DNA of 64,000 nt from Acidobacteriaceae bacterium (GTDB taxonomy: Bacteria; Acidobacteriota; Terriglobia; Terriglobales; Acidobacteriaceae). The stretch spans positions 41,368-105,367 of the forward strand of contig CBDCLC010000005.1 in NCBI GenBank assembly GCA_965218595.1, given 5' to 3'. Shown in pieces: positions 51,243 to 61,518 of the stretch. The translations under genes were made by a program, and so were the position numbers. Each line of letters begins with the position of its first letter. Positions within the stretch are counted from its first letter, which is position 1. The notes under the pieces were generated by a model that worked only from the letters and a program-made list of their open reading frames with translations, made no database searches and had not been told where the DNA came from.

Positions 51243-51953
51243 TTATTGTATCGATCCGGATGGCATCGGGCCGGATGGCATCGATGCGGGCGGCCCCGGG
51301 CTGTGGGCCGCACTCGCCAGCAGCGGCCAGATTGCCTCCACCTGGCGCTCGAGATCGTCGAGCGATCCATCGTTCCGCAGCACCCAGTCGGCCTGGGCGG
51401 CCTTGCGGTCGTCGGGCATCTGCTGCGCCATTCTTCGGCGCGCCTCGGCACGTTCGGGAACTCCGGCTGCGGCGTCCGCGGGCAGCCCTCGCAGCACGCG
51501 CCCGGTAAATCGCTCGATCCGGAGCTCCTCGGGCGCGACCACCACCAGCAGACAGTCAAACCGTCGCCGCCAGCCGCCTTCTCCGCCATGCCGCGTCTCC
51601 AACAGCAGAGCCGACTCGACCACCAGCACGCTCTCCGGGCACCGCGCCTCGAGCTCCCGGGCGATCTCCGCCTGCCGCGCGATCACCGCCGGGTGCACGA
51701 TGGCGTTCAGCTCCTCGGCGCGGTCGTCAGCAAACGCGATCCGGGCCAGCGCCCGCCGGTCGAGCTCGCCGCCGGGGAGCAGAACGCCCGGACCAAACTG
51801 ATCGACGATCGCCTGGAAGACGGCCTCGCCCCGCTGCATCAACTGCCGCCCGAGATCGTCGGCCGAGACGACCTCGGCTCCCAGCTTCCGCAGCATGGCC
51901 GCAACGGTGGATTTGCCGCTGCCCAGGCCTCCGGTGAGCCCGACCCGCAGCAC
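51243..51953 (-). CDS. coaE: Dephospho-CoA kinase
   Basis: GTG start; VGLTGGLGSGKST, LDRRALARIAF, LNAIVHPAV. Confidence 0.93.
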   Translation of the reverse strand: MLRVGLTGGLGSGKSTVAAMLRKLGAEVVSADDLGRQLMQRGEAVFQAIVDQFGPGVLLPGGELDRRALARIAFADDRAEELNAIVHPAVIARQAEIARELEARCPESVLVVESALLLETRHGGEGGWRRRFDCLLVVVAPEELRIERFTGRVLRGLPADAAAGVPERAEARRRMAQQMPDDRKAAQADWVLRNDGSLDDLERQVEAIWPLLASAAHSPGPPASMPSGPMPSGSIQ

Positions 51954-51957
51954 CGGC

Positions 51958-52914
51958 CTAGATCTCCGGGACCGGCAGGCCACGCCGAAGACAGGCCGCC
52001 ACCACCGTGTTGCGCATCAGCATGGCGATGGTCAGGGCACCCACACCGCCGGGCACCGGCGTATAAGCGCTCGACAAGGCCAGAGCCGCCGGATCGATAT
52101 CGCCGGCAAGGACGGAGCCGCGTCTGCGGAAGCTTTCCAGGCGCTCCGGGTCATCGGGAAACAGCCGCCGCACCTCCGCTTCGTCGGTCAGGCGATTGAT
52201 GCCGACATCGATCAGCACCGCGCCGGGCTGCACCATCTCCGGCGTGATGAGGCCCGGCACCCCTGCCGCCACCACCAGGAGGTCAGCCTGCCGGGTATAC
52301 CGGGCGAGATCGGCCGTGTGCCGGTGGCAGACCGTGACTGTGGCCGCGGCGTTGATCAGCATCACCGCCGCTGGTTTTCCGACGATATTCGACCGGCCCA
52401 CCACGACGGCGTGCCGCCCCTTCACCGCAATGGCCTTGCGTCGCAGGATTTCGAGGATGCCCGCCGGCGTGCACGGGGCGAGCGCGGCCGAGCCCTCCAT
52501 CAGCCGGCCGGCGTTGACCGGGTGAAAGCCGTCGACATCCTTGTCCGGCAGCACCGCCGAAAGCAGCCGCCCGGTGTCGACATGGGGCGGCAGTGGCAGC
52601 TGGATCAGGATGCCGTCCACATCGTCGCGCCGGTTCAGGTCCTCGATGAGGGCGAGCAGCTCGCCGGTGGTCACGCTTTCGGGCGGCGTCAGCAGCTCGC
52701 TGCGAATGCCAAGCTCGCCACAGGTCCTGCGCTTGCTGCGCACGTAGATCTCGGAGGCTGGCACATGCCCGACCAGCACCACGGCCAGCCCGGGCCCGAC
52801 TCCCTGAGCCCGCAGCGACTCCACGGCAGCGGCGACCTCCGCCTTGATCTCCCCTGCGATCGCCGCGCCGTCCAGACGCACGGCCTCGGCGACGACCCCT
52901 CCCAAAGCACCCAT
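51958..52914 (-). CDS. folD: Bifunctional methylenetetrahydrofolate dehydrogenase/cyclohydrolase (alternative start 52935)
   Basis: GILIQLPLP, KDVDGFHP, PCTPAG, GRSNIVGKP, TPVPGGVG. Confidence 0.96.
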   Translation of the reverse strand: MGALGGVVAEAVRLDGAAIAGEIKAEVAAAVESLRAQGVGPGLAVVLVGHVPASEIYVRSKRRTCGELGIRSELLTPPESVTTGELLALIEDLNRRDDVDGILIQLPLPPHVDTGRLLSAVLPDKDVDGFHPVNAGRLMEGSAALAPCTPAGILEILRRKAIAVKGRHAVVVGRSNIVGKPAAVMLINAAATVTVCHRHTADLARYTRQADLLVVAAGVPGLITPEMVQPGAVLIDVGINRLTDEAEVRRLFPDDPERLESFRRRGSVLAGDIDPAALALSSAYTPVPGGVGALTIAMLMRNTVVAACLRRGLPVPEI

Positions 52915-53014
52915 GGCCTCATGGTACCGTGGCACGCTGCCCGGGAAGCGGGAAGGAAGAGGTCAGCCTGAGCGAGTCGGCCAGCCAGTAAACGCCGGGT
53001 CGGCCCCTGGGACC

Positions 53015-53653
53015 TCATGCGCTCTCCTCGCCCTCCTGCGTCCCCGGCCATGCGGCGAGCGAAGCCTGCACCAACGCCAGCAGCTCCTCCCGCGTTGCGC
53101 CGTCGCGGGCCAGGGTGGACATGCCCTGGACCAGGGCCATCGTCATCGCGGCCAGGGCCCGGGCATCGGTGCCCTCTGGCAGCTTGCCCTCGCGGAGGTC
53201 CCGCTGGGCGCGTTCCCGCAGCGCCCCCTCGACCGCCTGGCGGACCTCGCGGAGAGCCGCTCGTACGGTGCCCGAGGCCTCCGACCCGGTCGCCGCGGCG
53301 CTGGCGACGAGACATCCCGGCGGTTGGCCCGGCTGCGTAAACCACATCGCGGAGCTTTCCAGCAGCTGCCGCGCGGCCTCCCTGGAGGAGGCCGCTTCGC
53401 CGATCGCCTCAGCGGCCTGCCTGCTGCCAACCGAGGTGTAGCGCCGCACGCAATCGAGAAACAGATTTTCCTTGTTGCCAAACGCCGCATACAGGCTGGG
53501 CGGCGTAATGCCCATGGCGCGCGTCAGGTCCGAGACGCTGGTGGTCTCGTATCCCGTGCGCCAGAACTGGATCATCGCCTTCTCGAGCGCCCGTTCCCGG
53601 TCGAACGAGAGGGGACGGCCCGGGGGCCTCGGCGGTCTCGCGCTGCTTTCCAT
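53015..53653 (-). CDS. TetR/AcrR family regulator, divergent from an SDR gene
   Basis: GRPLSFDRE.AL..AM..FW..GYE.TS..DL...MGI..PSLY.AFGNKE.LF; PPGCLV. Confidence 0.93.
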   Translation of the reverse strand: MESSARPPRPPGRPLSFDRERALEKAMIQFWRTGYETTSVSDLTRAMGITPPSLYAAFGNKENLFLDCVRRYTSVGSRQAAEAIGEAASSREAARQLLESSAMWFTQPGQPPGCLVASAAATGSEASGTVRAALREVRQAVEGALRERAQRDLREGKLPEGTDARALAAMTMALVQGMSTLARDGATREELLALVQASLAAWPGTQEGEESA

Positions 53654-53738
53654 AGCAACCAGTATGAAACCCTTGACTCAGGGACGGCAAGTTGTGCAGA
53701 CTGGATTGCATAGCAATCGCTACGAAAAGGAGATGGGA

Positions 53739-54539
53739 ATGGATCTGCAACTCACCGGCAAGCGCGCACTTGTGACCGGCAGCACCAGTGGAATCGGAGA
53801 GGGAATCGCCAGGGCACTCGCGGCGGAGGGCGTCCAGGTGGTCGTGCACGGGCGACGGGTCGCGGAAGCCGAGCGCGTTGTGCGCGAGATCCAGGAGGCA
53901 GGCGGCCGGGCGGCGATGGCCGTCGGGGAGCTTGGCGACGACGAGGCTGCGGCCGGGGTGGTGCGGGCGGCGACCGCTGCGTTTGGCGGAATCGACATCC
54001 TGGTCAACAACGCAGGAGCGTTCCCCATGAAGCTCTGGATGCAGTCCACGGCCGCGGACTGGGTCGATCTTTACAACGCCAACGTCGGCTCGGTGGTTCG
54101 CCTGGTCACACAGCTGGTGCCCGCGATGGTGGAGCGGCGATGGGGCCGGGTCGTTATGATCGGAAGCTTCCTCGGCGCCATGCCGCAACCGATCGTGGCG
54201 AGCTACGCCACTACCAAGGCGGCCAATATCGCGCAGGCCGTCTCCCTGGCCAAGGAGCTTGGTGGTTCGGGCGTGACGGCCAACACGGTCAGCCCCGGGC
54301 CCATCCGCACGCCGGGCATGGAGGCCGGCGCGCGGGAGATGATGACGTCGCAGGGGCAGGCGTACGACTTCGACTCGTTCGAGAAGTTCTATGTCGCGCA
54401 GACCAACCTGCCCGCAGGCAGGATCGGCGCTCCGAAGGATGTGGCGAACGCCGTCGCCTTTCTGGCCAGTCCGCTCGCGGACTTCATCACCGGAACCAAT
54501 CTGCGGGTGGACGGGGGCATGATGCCGACCATCAACTGA
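53739..54539 (+). CDS. SDR family oxidoreductase
   Basis: TGSTSGIG, NNAG, YATTK, NTVSPG, TGTNLRVDGG. Confidence 0.92.
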   Translation: MDLQLTGKRALVTGSTSGIGEGIARALAAEGVQVVVHGRRVAEAERVVREIQEAGGRAAMAVGELGDDEAAAGVVRAATAAFGGIDILVNNAGAFPMKLWMQSTAADWVDLYNANVGSVVRLVTQLVPAMVERRWGRVVMIGSFLGAMPQPIVASYATTKAANIAQAVSLAKELGGSGVTANTVSPGPIRTPGMEAGAREMMTSQGQAYDFDSFEKFYVAQTNLPAGRIGAPKDVANAVAFLASPLADFITGTNLRVDGGMMPTIN

Positions 54540-54542
54540 CCA

Positions 54543-54583
54543 GTGGCAGGGCCGTCTGCCATCGCATGGTGGCGGCCCTGCCA
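54543..54583. terminator. Hairpin between convergent SDR and RNase HI genes
   Basis: GTGGCAGGGCCG...CGGCCCTGCCAC 12-bp stem. Confidence 0.5.
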
Positions 54584-54619
54584 CGGCCGGGCCTGCAATG
54601 GCTCGGCCGTGGCCGTCGC

Positions 54620-55453
54620 CTACTCGGGAATGACCTTGACGAAGATGCCGTCGGGCAGCGTCTCCGAGCCGAGCAGGTGGACGGCTCCATCCCGGGTAAA
54701 CCCTCGCAGCATGGGAGGCTTTGAGTCGGTGCGCCTTTCCGCGGTGCGGTCGCGACCAGGCTCGCGCGGCGGGTTGGGGGTGAGCAGGATGGGAGCGTGG
54801 GGTGCCCGCTCCCCTGCGGTCCGTGGCGGGGCGGGGTCCAGCCGGCCGGGCGGCGGGGGCGGCGCCTCGGCCGACGCCGTCGGATACGGGATGGCGCGAA
54901 GCGGGAGCGAGGTCACCCTGCTGCGGCTGTCCGCTCCGGAGCTGCCGGGCCGGGTGACGACAGACTCCCCCTCGGCGGGAGTGCCGCGCCGCATGCCCCG
55001 GTCCATCGCCTCATTGGCCAGCCGGTCGGCCGCCTTGTTCTTGTGGCGCAGGGCATGGGTGATCTCGAAGCGATCAAGCCCGGCGATGCGGCGCCGGGCC
55101 TCCTGCCACAGAGGAAGGAGGTCGGGGGACTTCACCTTGTAGACCCCCTGGATCTGTTTGACCATCAGCAGCGAATCGGACACGACGCGCAGCGACCGGT
55201 GGCCGTGGTCGAGGGCGTACTGCAGTGCGGCAAGCAGGCCCGAGTACTCCGCGAAGTTGTTGGTGCGGAAGCCAAGAAACTCGGAAAGCTCGGCCACGAC
55301 GTTGCCGCTCGCGTCCGCAATCTCGACGCCGTAGCCGGCCGGTCCGGGGTTGCCGCGGGCGCCGCCGTCGCAGTGCGCGGTCAGGGTGCCGGAGGGCTTT
55401 GCGCCGGCCGTCGGGGCGTCGTCAGGGAACAGGCTGGGCGTGCGCGGGGCCAT
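54620..55453 (-). CDS. rnhA: Ribonuclease HI (archaeal/actinobacterial-like domain) with a long C-terminal extension
   Basis: HCDGGARGNPGPAG, TNNFAEY.GL, SDSLLMVKQIQG.YKVK, RHKNKAADRLAN. Confidence 0.88.
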   Translation of the reverse strand: MAPRTPSLFPDDAPTAGAKPSGTLTAHCDGGARGNPGPAGYGVEIADASGNVVAELSEFLGFRTNNFAEYSGLLAALQYALDHGHRSLRVVSDSLLMVKQIQGVYKVKSPDLLPLWQEARRRIAGLDRFEITHALRHKNKAADRLANEAMDRGMRRGTPAEGESVVTRPGSSGADSRSRVTSLPLRAIPYPTASAEAPPPPPGRLDPAPPRTAGERAPHAPILLTPNPPREPGRDRTAERRTDSKPPMLRGFTRDGAVHLLGSETLPDGIFVKVIPE

Positions 55454-55551
55454 GGGCACGAGTGTACTTCGTGCGCGCTCCCGCACCCTGCCCCCGCCCG
55501 TCACGATATACTCAGGTGTGCAGACCGGGCACGGCCAATCCATACAACTGA

Positions 55552-57273
<1,722 letters not shown>

Positions 57274-57381
57274 AGGAGACTTCCGGACAGGGGAGGGACC
57301 ACTGTACCCTGCTGACCGGCACCCGTACGGCCGCCCTCCGGGATCGGTTGGTCGGACTGACGGCTGAGGCATCATAGAGCT

Positions 57382-58038
57382 ATGACCACACAGTACAGTT
57401 CGGGCCGATCGTCCTCCGGTCCGCTGATCGCCGTGCTGCTCTCGATTCTGCTCGGAGCGGCGGCGGTGGTGGTGTTTGTGCGCCATGCCAGCAGTGGCCT
57501 TCCCGGCCGCATTGCCTCGTTTCTGACGGGCCGCACCACCAGCTTCGATGTGTCTGTGCCGGTGGTGGTGCAACACATTCAGCGGCTCTCCCGGCTGGAA
57601 ACCGTTGTCTACTCGCTTGACACGGTGGTTGAGGGCCAACACTCCAATCCTGTGCTTCCGGATGTGTTGGCCGGGGACAAGATCCTGCTGGTTGTGCATG
57701 GCGAATCGATCGCGGGGGTCGATCTTGGACGGCTGCGGCCGGAGGACGTTCGCATTGATGAGCGCGCCGGTGTGCGCTCCATCCACGTGACGCTGCCGCC
57801 GTCGGAGATCTTTGTCACCACGCTCGACAACCAGCACACACGCGTCTACGCCCGCAGCACGGGCCTGCTGGTGCCGGCCGATGAGAACCTCGAAAGCGAG
57901 ACCCGGGCCAAGGCGCAGCAGCAGCTGGAGCGCGCGGCACTGGCGGACGGCATTCTGGACACAGCTCGGAAGAACGCCCGCGCCACGGTGACGACCTTGC
58001 TTTACGGGCTGGGATTTCAGCAGGTCGATGTCACCTAG
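57382..58038 (+). CDS. DUF4230-like membrane-anchored protein
   Basis: N-terminal TM helix; RLETV, G.SIAGVDL, VTLPPSEI, GILDTARKNA. Confidence 0.8.
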   Translation: MTTQYSSGRSSSGPLIAVLLSILLGAAAVVVFVRHASSGLPGRIASFLTGRTTSFDVSVPVVVQHIQRLSRLETVVYSLDTVVEGQHSNPVLPDVLAGDKILLVVHGESIAGVDLGRLRPEDVRIDERAGVRSIHVTLPPSEIFVTTLDNQHTRVYARSTGLLVPADENLESETRAKAQQQLERAALADGILDTARKNARATVTTLLYGLGFQQVDVT

Positions 58039-58101
58039 GGGGTGCCCATAGCACCTTTGGGGACCTGCAAGGGCGGGCCCTCCTGCGCTATCATCTTGGG
58101 C

Positions 58102-58371
58102 ATGAAGCTGCCAGGCAAGCTCCGCCTCTTCGGCCGTTCGTTGCGCGAGATCGCACCGGAGGTGGCCGAAACGATCGAAAACGCCAGCCATCGGTCGCCG
58201 CTGCTGCGCACCATTGTCTGGGCGGCCGCCGGTGCCGGAGCGCTGGCTACCGGTCTGTTTGTTGGCCGGGAGCTCCGTCAACGTTACAAGTTTCACCGCC
58301 GCACCCCATACGACTTGTACGCGCACTCGGGCGACCGGCTGCCGGACGTCGAGTTCGGTGTGGGCGTCTGA
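58102..58371 (+). CDS. Small hypothetical protein with one TM helix
   Basis: 89 aa, good codon usage, fills the gap between DUF4230 and fabD. Confidence 0.65.
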   Translation: MKLPGKLRLFGRSLREIAPEVAETIENASHRSPLLRTIVWAAAGAGALATGLFVGRELRQRYKFHRRTPYDLYAHSGDRLPDVEFGVGV

Positions 58372-58411
58372 CTCCTGAACCACCGCCGGCGTCCGCTGCA
58401 TCGAAGTGTGC

Positions 58412-59467
58412 ATGAAGGCAGCGTTTCTGTTTCCAGGCCAGGGCTCGCAGACAGTGGGGATGGGCCGCGAGCTGTACGATCAGTTCCCATCGGCCAAGGC
58501 GATTTTTGATGAAGCCGATGCAGCCCTTGGCTTCCCCCTCTCCGAGCTGATCTTTGAGGGCCCGGACGACGATCTGAAGCGAACCGAGCACACTCAGCCG
58601 GCGATTCTGACGGTCTCGGTGGCGGCCGCGCGGGTGCTGCGCGAGCAGTTGGGCGACGACCAGTTTCAGCCCGCCTATGTGGCCGGGCACTCGCTTGGGG
58701 AGTACTCGGCCCACGTGGTCGCAGGCACCTTTCCCTTTGCGGATGCGGTGGTCGCGGTGCGCAATCGCGGACGCTACATGCAGGAGGCCGTTCCCGAGGG
58801 CGATGGGGCCATGGCGGCCGTGCTTGGACTGGACCCGGACCGCATCAACGATCTCTGCGCCGAGGCCTCCGACACCAACGCTCCCGCCAACCAGGATCCC
58901 GATCGCGCCGTCCAGGAGGCGGGCGCCGCCCCTGCCGCGGTTGACCCGCAGGCGGCGCGTGCTGCCATGGCGCAGTGCATCGTCTCCCCGGCCAACCTCA
59001 ACTCGCCCGAGCAGACCGTAATCTCCGGCTCCCGGCAGGCCGTGGACTGCGCCGCCGAGCTCTGCCGCAAGGCGGGTGCGAAGCGCGTGGTGATGCTGCA
59101 GGTGAGCGCGCCCTTCCACTGCGCGTTGATGGCGACCGCGCAGAGCCGTCTGGCCACGGACCTGGAAGGGTTCGCGTTCAGCGATCCGATCTGCCCGGTG
59201 GTCGTCAACGTCGACGCCCGCGAGGTGACCCGCGCGGCCGACGCGCGCGACTGCCTGATCCGGCAGGTCACCGCACCGGTCCGATGGGTGGAGAGCATGC
59301 GTCTGCTCATCCAGGAGGGCTCGACGCCGTTCATCGAGATCGGTCCCGGCAAGGTGCTCAGCGGCCTGATGCGCCAGATCGACCGGTCGCAGACGGTGCT
59401 CAACGTCGAGGACGCGGCCTCGCTTCGGAAGACGATCGAGGCGATCACCTCCGCACCGCAGGTCTGA
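58412..59467 (+). CDS. fabD: Malonyl CoA-acyl carrier protein transacylase
   Basis: FPGQGSQ, TQPAI, GHSLGEY, R..YMQEA, VSAPFH. Confidence 0.96.
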   Translation: MKAAFLFPGQGSQTVGMGRELYDQFPSAKAIFDEADAALGFPLSELIFEGPDDDLKRTEHTQPAILTVSVAAARVLREQLGDDQFQPAYVAGHSLGEYSAHVVAGTFPFADAVVAVRNRGRYMQEAVPEGDGAMAAVLGLDPDRINDLCAEASDTNAPANQDPDRAVQEAGAAPAAVDPQAARAAMAQCIVSPANLNSPEQTVISGSRQAVDCAAELCRKAGAKRVVMLQVSAPFHCALMATAQSRLATDLEGFAFSDPICPVVVNVDAREVTRAADARDCLIRQVTAPVRWVESMRLLIQEGSTPFIEIGPGKVLSGLMRQIDRSQTVLNVEDAASLRKTIEAITSAPQV

Positions 59468-59497
59468 TTCCCGCAGGACTCTGAGAAAGGCAAGCCC

Positions 59498-59974
59498 ATG
59501 CAAGCTGGCGATCTCGTCGAAGACTTTACCCTGAACGATCAGGAGGGCAGGGCGGTCTCGCTCTCGGACTTCCCCTCACAGCCCGTGGTGCTGTTCTTTT
59601 ATCCGCGGGCCGATACGCCGGGGTGCACGGTCGAGGCCTGCGGCTTCCGCGACAGCTTCGCCGAACTCCAGGCCGCGGGGGCGGTGGTGCTCGGCATCTC
59701 GCGCGACACCGTGAAGGCGCAGAAGAAGTTTGGGGAGAAGTACAGCCTGCCCTACCCTCTGCTGGCGGACCCCGAGGAGGTCATCTGCCAACGCTTCGGT
59801 GTGCTCAAACCGAAGAACATGTACGGCAAGATGGTGAAGGGCATCGAGCGAACCACCTTTGTGATCGCTCCGGCCGATGCGGCAGGTGAACGGCGTCTGC
59901 TGCACGTCTTTGAGAAGGTAAAGCCTGAAGGCCACGCGGACGAGGTGTTGCAGCTGATCCGCGGGGCCAGGTAG
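59498..59974 (+). CDS. bcp: Peroxiredoxin Bcp/PrxQ
   Basis: FFYPRADTPGCTVEACGFRD (CxxxxC). Confidence 0.93.
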   Translation: MQAGDLVEDFTLNDQEGRAVSLSDFPSQPVVLFFYPRADTPGCTVEACGFRDSFAELQAAGAVVLGISRDTVKAQKKFGEKYSLPYPLLADPEEVICQRFGVLKPKNMYGKMVKGIERTTFVIAPADAAGERRLLHVFEKVKPEGHADEVLQLIRGAR

Positions 59975-59976
59975 GC

Positions 59977-60702
59977 GTGCCGGGGCGCCGGCCCAAGGCA
60001 CTCGCGGCGGCGGGGGCAGCCGCAGCCCTGGGAGCGGGCGCGCTGGCGTACGCCGCGCTCTTTCCGCCCTCTCAGATCTTCGGCCCGGTGCTGGTTGCGC
60101 CTCGCCGGCCCGGGGAGATCGCCCTCACCTTCGACGATGGCCCGAACCCGCAAGCGACGCCGGAGCTTCTCGACCTTCTTGCCCGTTACGGGGTTCGCGC
60201 GGCGTTTTTTCTGATCGGCGACTTTGTTCGCGCCCAGCCCGGGCTGGTTCGCGCCATCGCCGCCGGAGGCCACACCATCGGCTCCCACACCATGTCGCAC
60301 CCGTGGCTGGCATGGCAGTCTCGAGCCCGCATCCGAAGCGAACTCGCCGGATCGCAACACCTGCTCGAAGACACCCTTGGCGATCGCATCCGCTGGTTTC
60401 GGCCGCCGCACGGAGCTCGACGGCCCTATGTCGTCTCCTTCGCCCGTGAGCTCGGCATGCGGACCGTGCAATGGAACATCATCGCGAACGACTGGAAGCC
60501 GGGCACGCCGGAGCGGATTGCCGCACGGGTAGAAAGTGGCATCGCGCACTGGCGAGCCCGTGGATTCGCCGCAAATGTCGTGCTGCATGACGGCGGCCAC
60601 ACCACACCGGAGGCCGCCCGTTCCCGCAGTCTCCGGGCCACCGCACTGCTGCTCAACCGGCAACGTGAGGAGCGATTTGTCACGCTGGACGACTGGGCCT
60701 GA
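59977..60702 (+). CDS. Polysaccharide deacetylase (NodB/CE4)
   Basis: LTFDDGP, IGSHTMSH, FRPPHG, VVLHDG; N-terminal anchor. Confidence 0.93.
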   Translation: MPGRRPKALAAAGAAAALGAGALAYAALFPPSQIFGPVLVAPRRPGEIALTFDDGPNPQATPELLDLLARYGVRAAFFLIGDFVRAQPGLVRAIAAGGHTIGSHTMSHPWLAWQSRARIRSELAGSQHLLEDTLGDRIRWFRPPHGARRPYVVSFARELGMRTVQWNIIANDWKPGTPERIAARVESGIAHWRARGFAANVVLHDGGHTTPEAARSRSLRATALLLNRQREERFVTLDDWA

Positions 60703-60760
60703 CCGCTGCCCGGCACCCAAGTCCGGGCACCCAAAGTCCGGGAATCTCGTCCGGGCCGAC

Positions 60761-61345
60761 CTACCAGGCCCGCGACCACTGGGCGCCCGCACCGTTCTCA
60801 CGCAGACGCGCGTCAACCCCGGCTTCCACCTCGATCAGCCGTCCAAACAGCCACAGCACATCCGAGAGCCGATTCAGGTATTGGATCGCCTCCGGAAGCA
60901 CCGTCTCGCCCGCGTCGGCCAGCCGCACCGCGCAGCGTTCTGCCCGGCGGCACACCGTGCGCGCCACCTCGTAAGCCGCGCTTTCGCGGTGCGCGCCAGG
61001 CAGCGACCAGTCCGCCAGGATGCCGTCCTGGCTCTCGATGCGCTCCACCAGAGCCGTCAGGAATGCCACATCCGCCTCCGCGACCAGCGACGCCGGCCGC
61101 CGCTCCGCCGGTTGCCGCCGGGTGTCGACCGAGAGTGCTCCGCCCACTTTGAACAGGGTCCTCTGAATCTCCTCCGTCCACGCCGCGACCTCGCGTTGCG
61201 AGCAGATCGACCGTGCCAAGCCAAGCACGGCATTCAGCTCGTCCACCGTTCCATATGCCTCCACGCGGAGGTCCGCCTTCGACACCCGCGTGCCCCCTGC
61301 CAGCGCCGTTTCGCCGGTGTCGCCCGTCTTTGTCGCGATGCTCAT
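60761..61345 (-). CDS. PduO-type cob(I)alamin adenosyltransferase
   Basis: IATKTGDTGET.L..G.RVSK...RVEAYGTVDELN, ARTVCRRAER, YLNRLSD.L. Confidence 0.92.
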   Translation of the reverse strand: MSIATKTGDTGETALAGGTRVSKADLRVEAYGTVDELNAVLGLARSICSQREVAAWTEEIQRTLFKVGGALSVDTRRQPAERRPASLVAEADVAFLTALVERIESQDGILADWSLPGAHRESAAYEVARTVCRRAERCAVRLADAGETVLPEAIQYLNRLSDVLWLFGRLIEVEAGVDARLRENGAGAQWSRAW

Positions 61346-61518
61346 CGCCACCCCTCCTGCTCTTCGCGCCCAGACCTCCAAGGATACCGCCTCCGTACAC
61401 GGCTCGCGAGAGCGCATCCTATGCTCACATGCCGTGCCGGCCGCCCGCGCGCGTTGTGCCTGCACCGCGCATGTCTCGGCGACCTCGGCCCGTCGCCAAA
61501 AGGAGCTCGCACTCGCTC

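Noticed and set aside
53654-53730. TAGC-AATC-GCTA dyad as the TetR operator
   Set aside because: Plausible from position, but a 4-bp arm is too short to support without comparative data.
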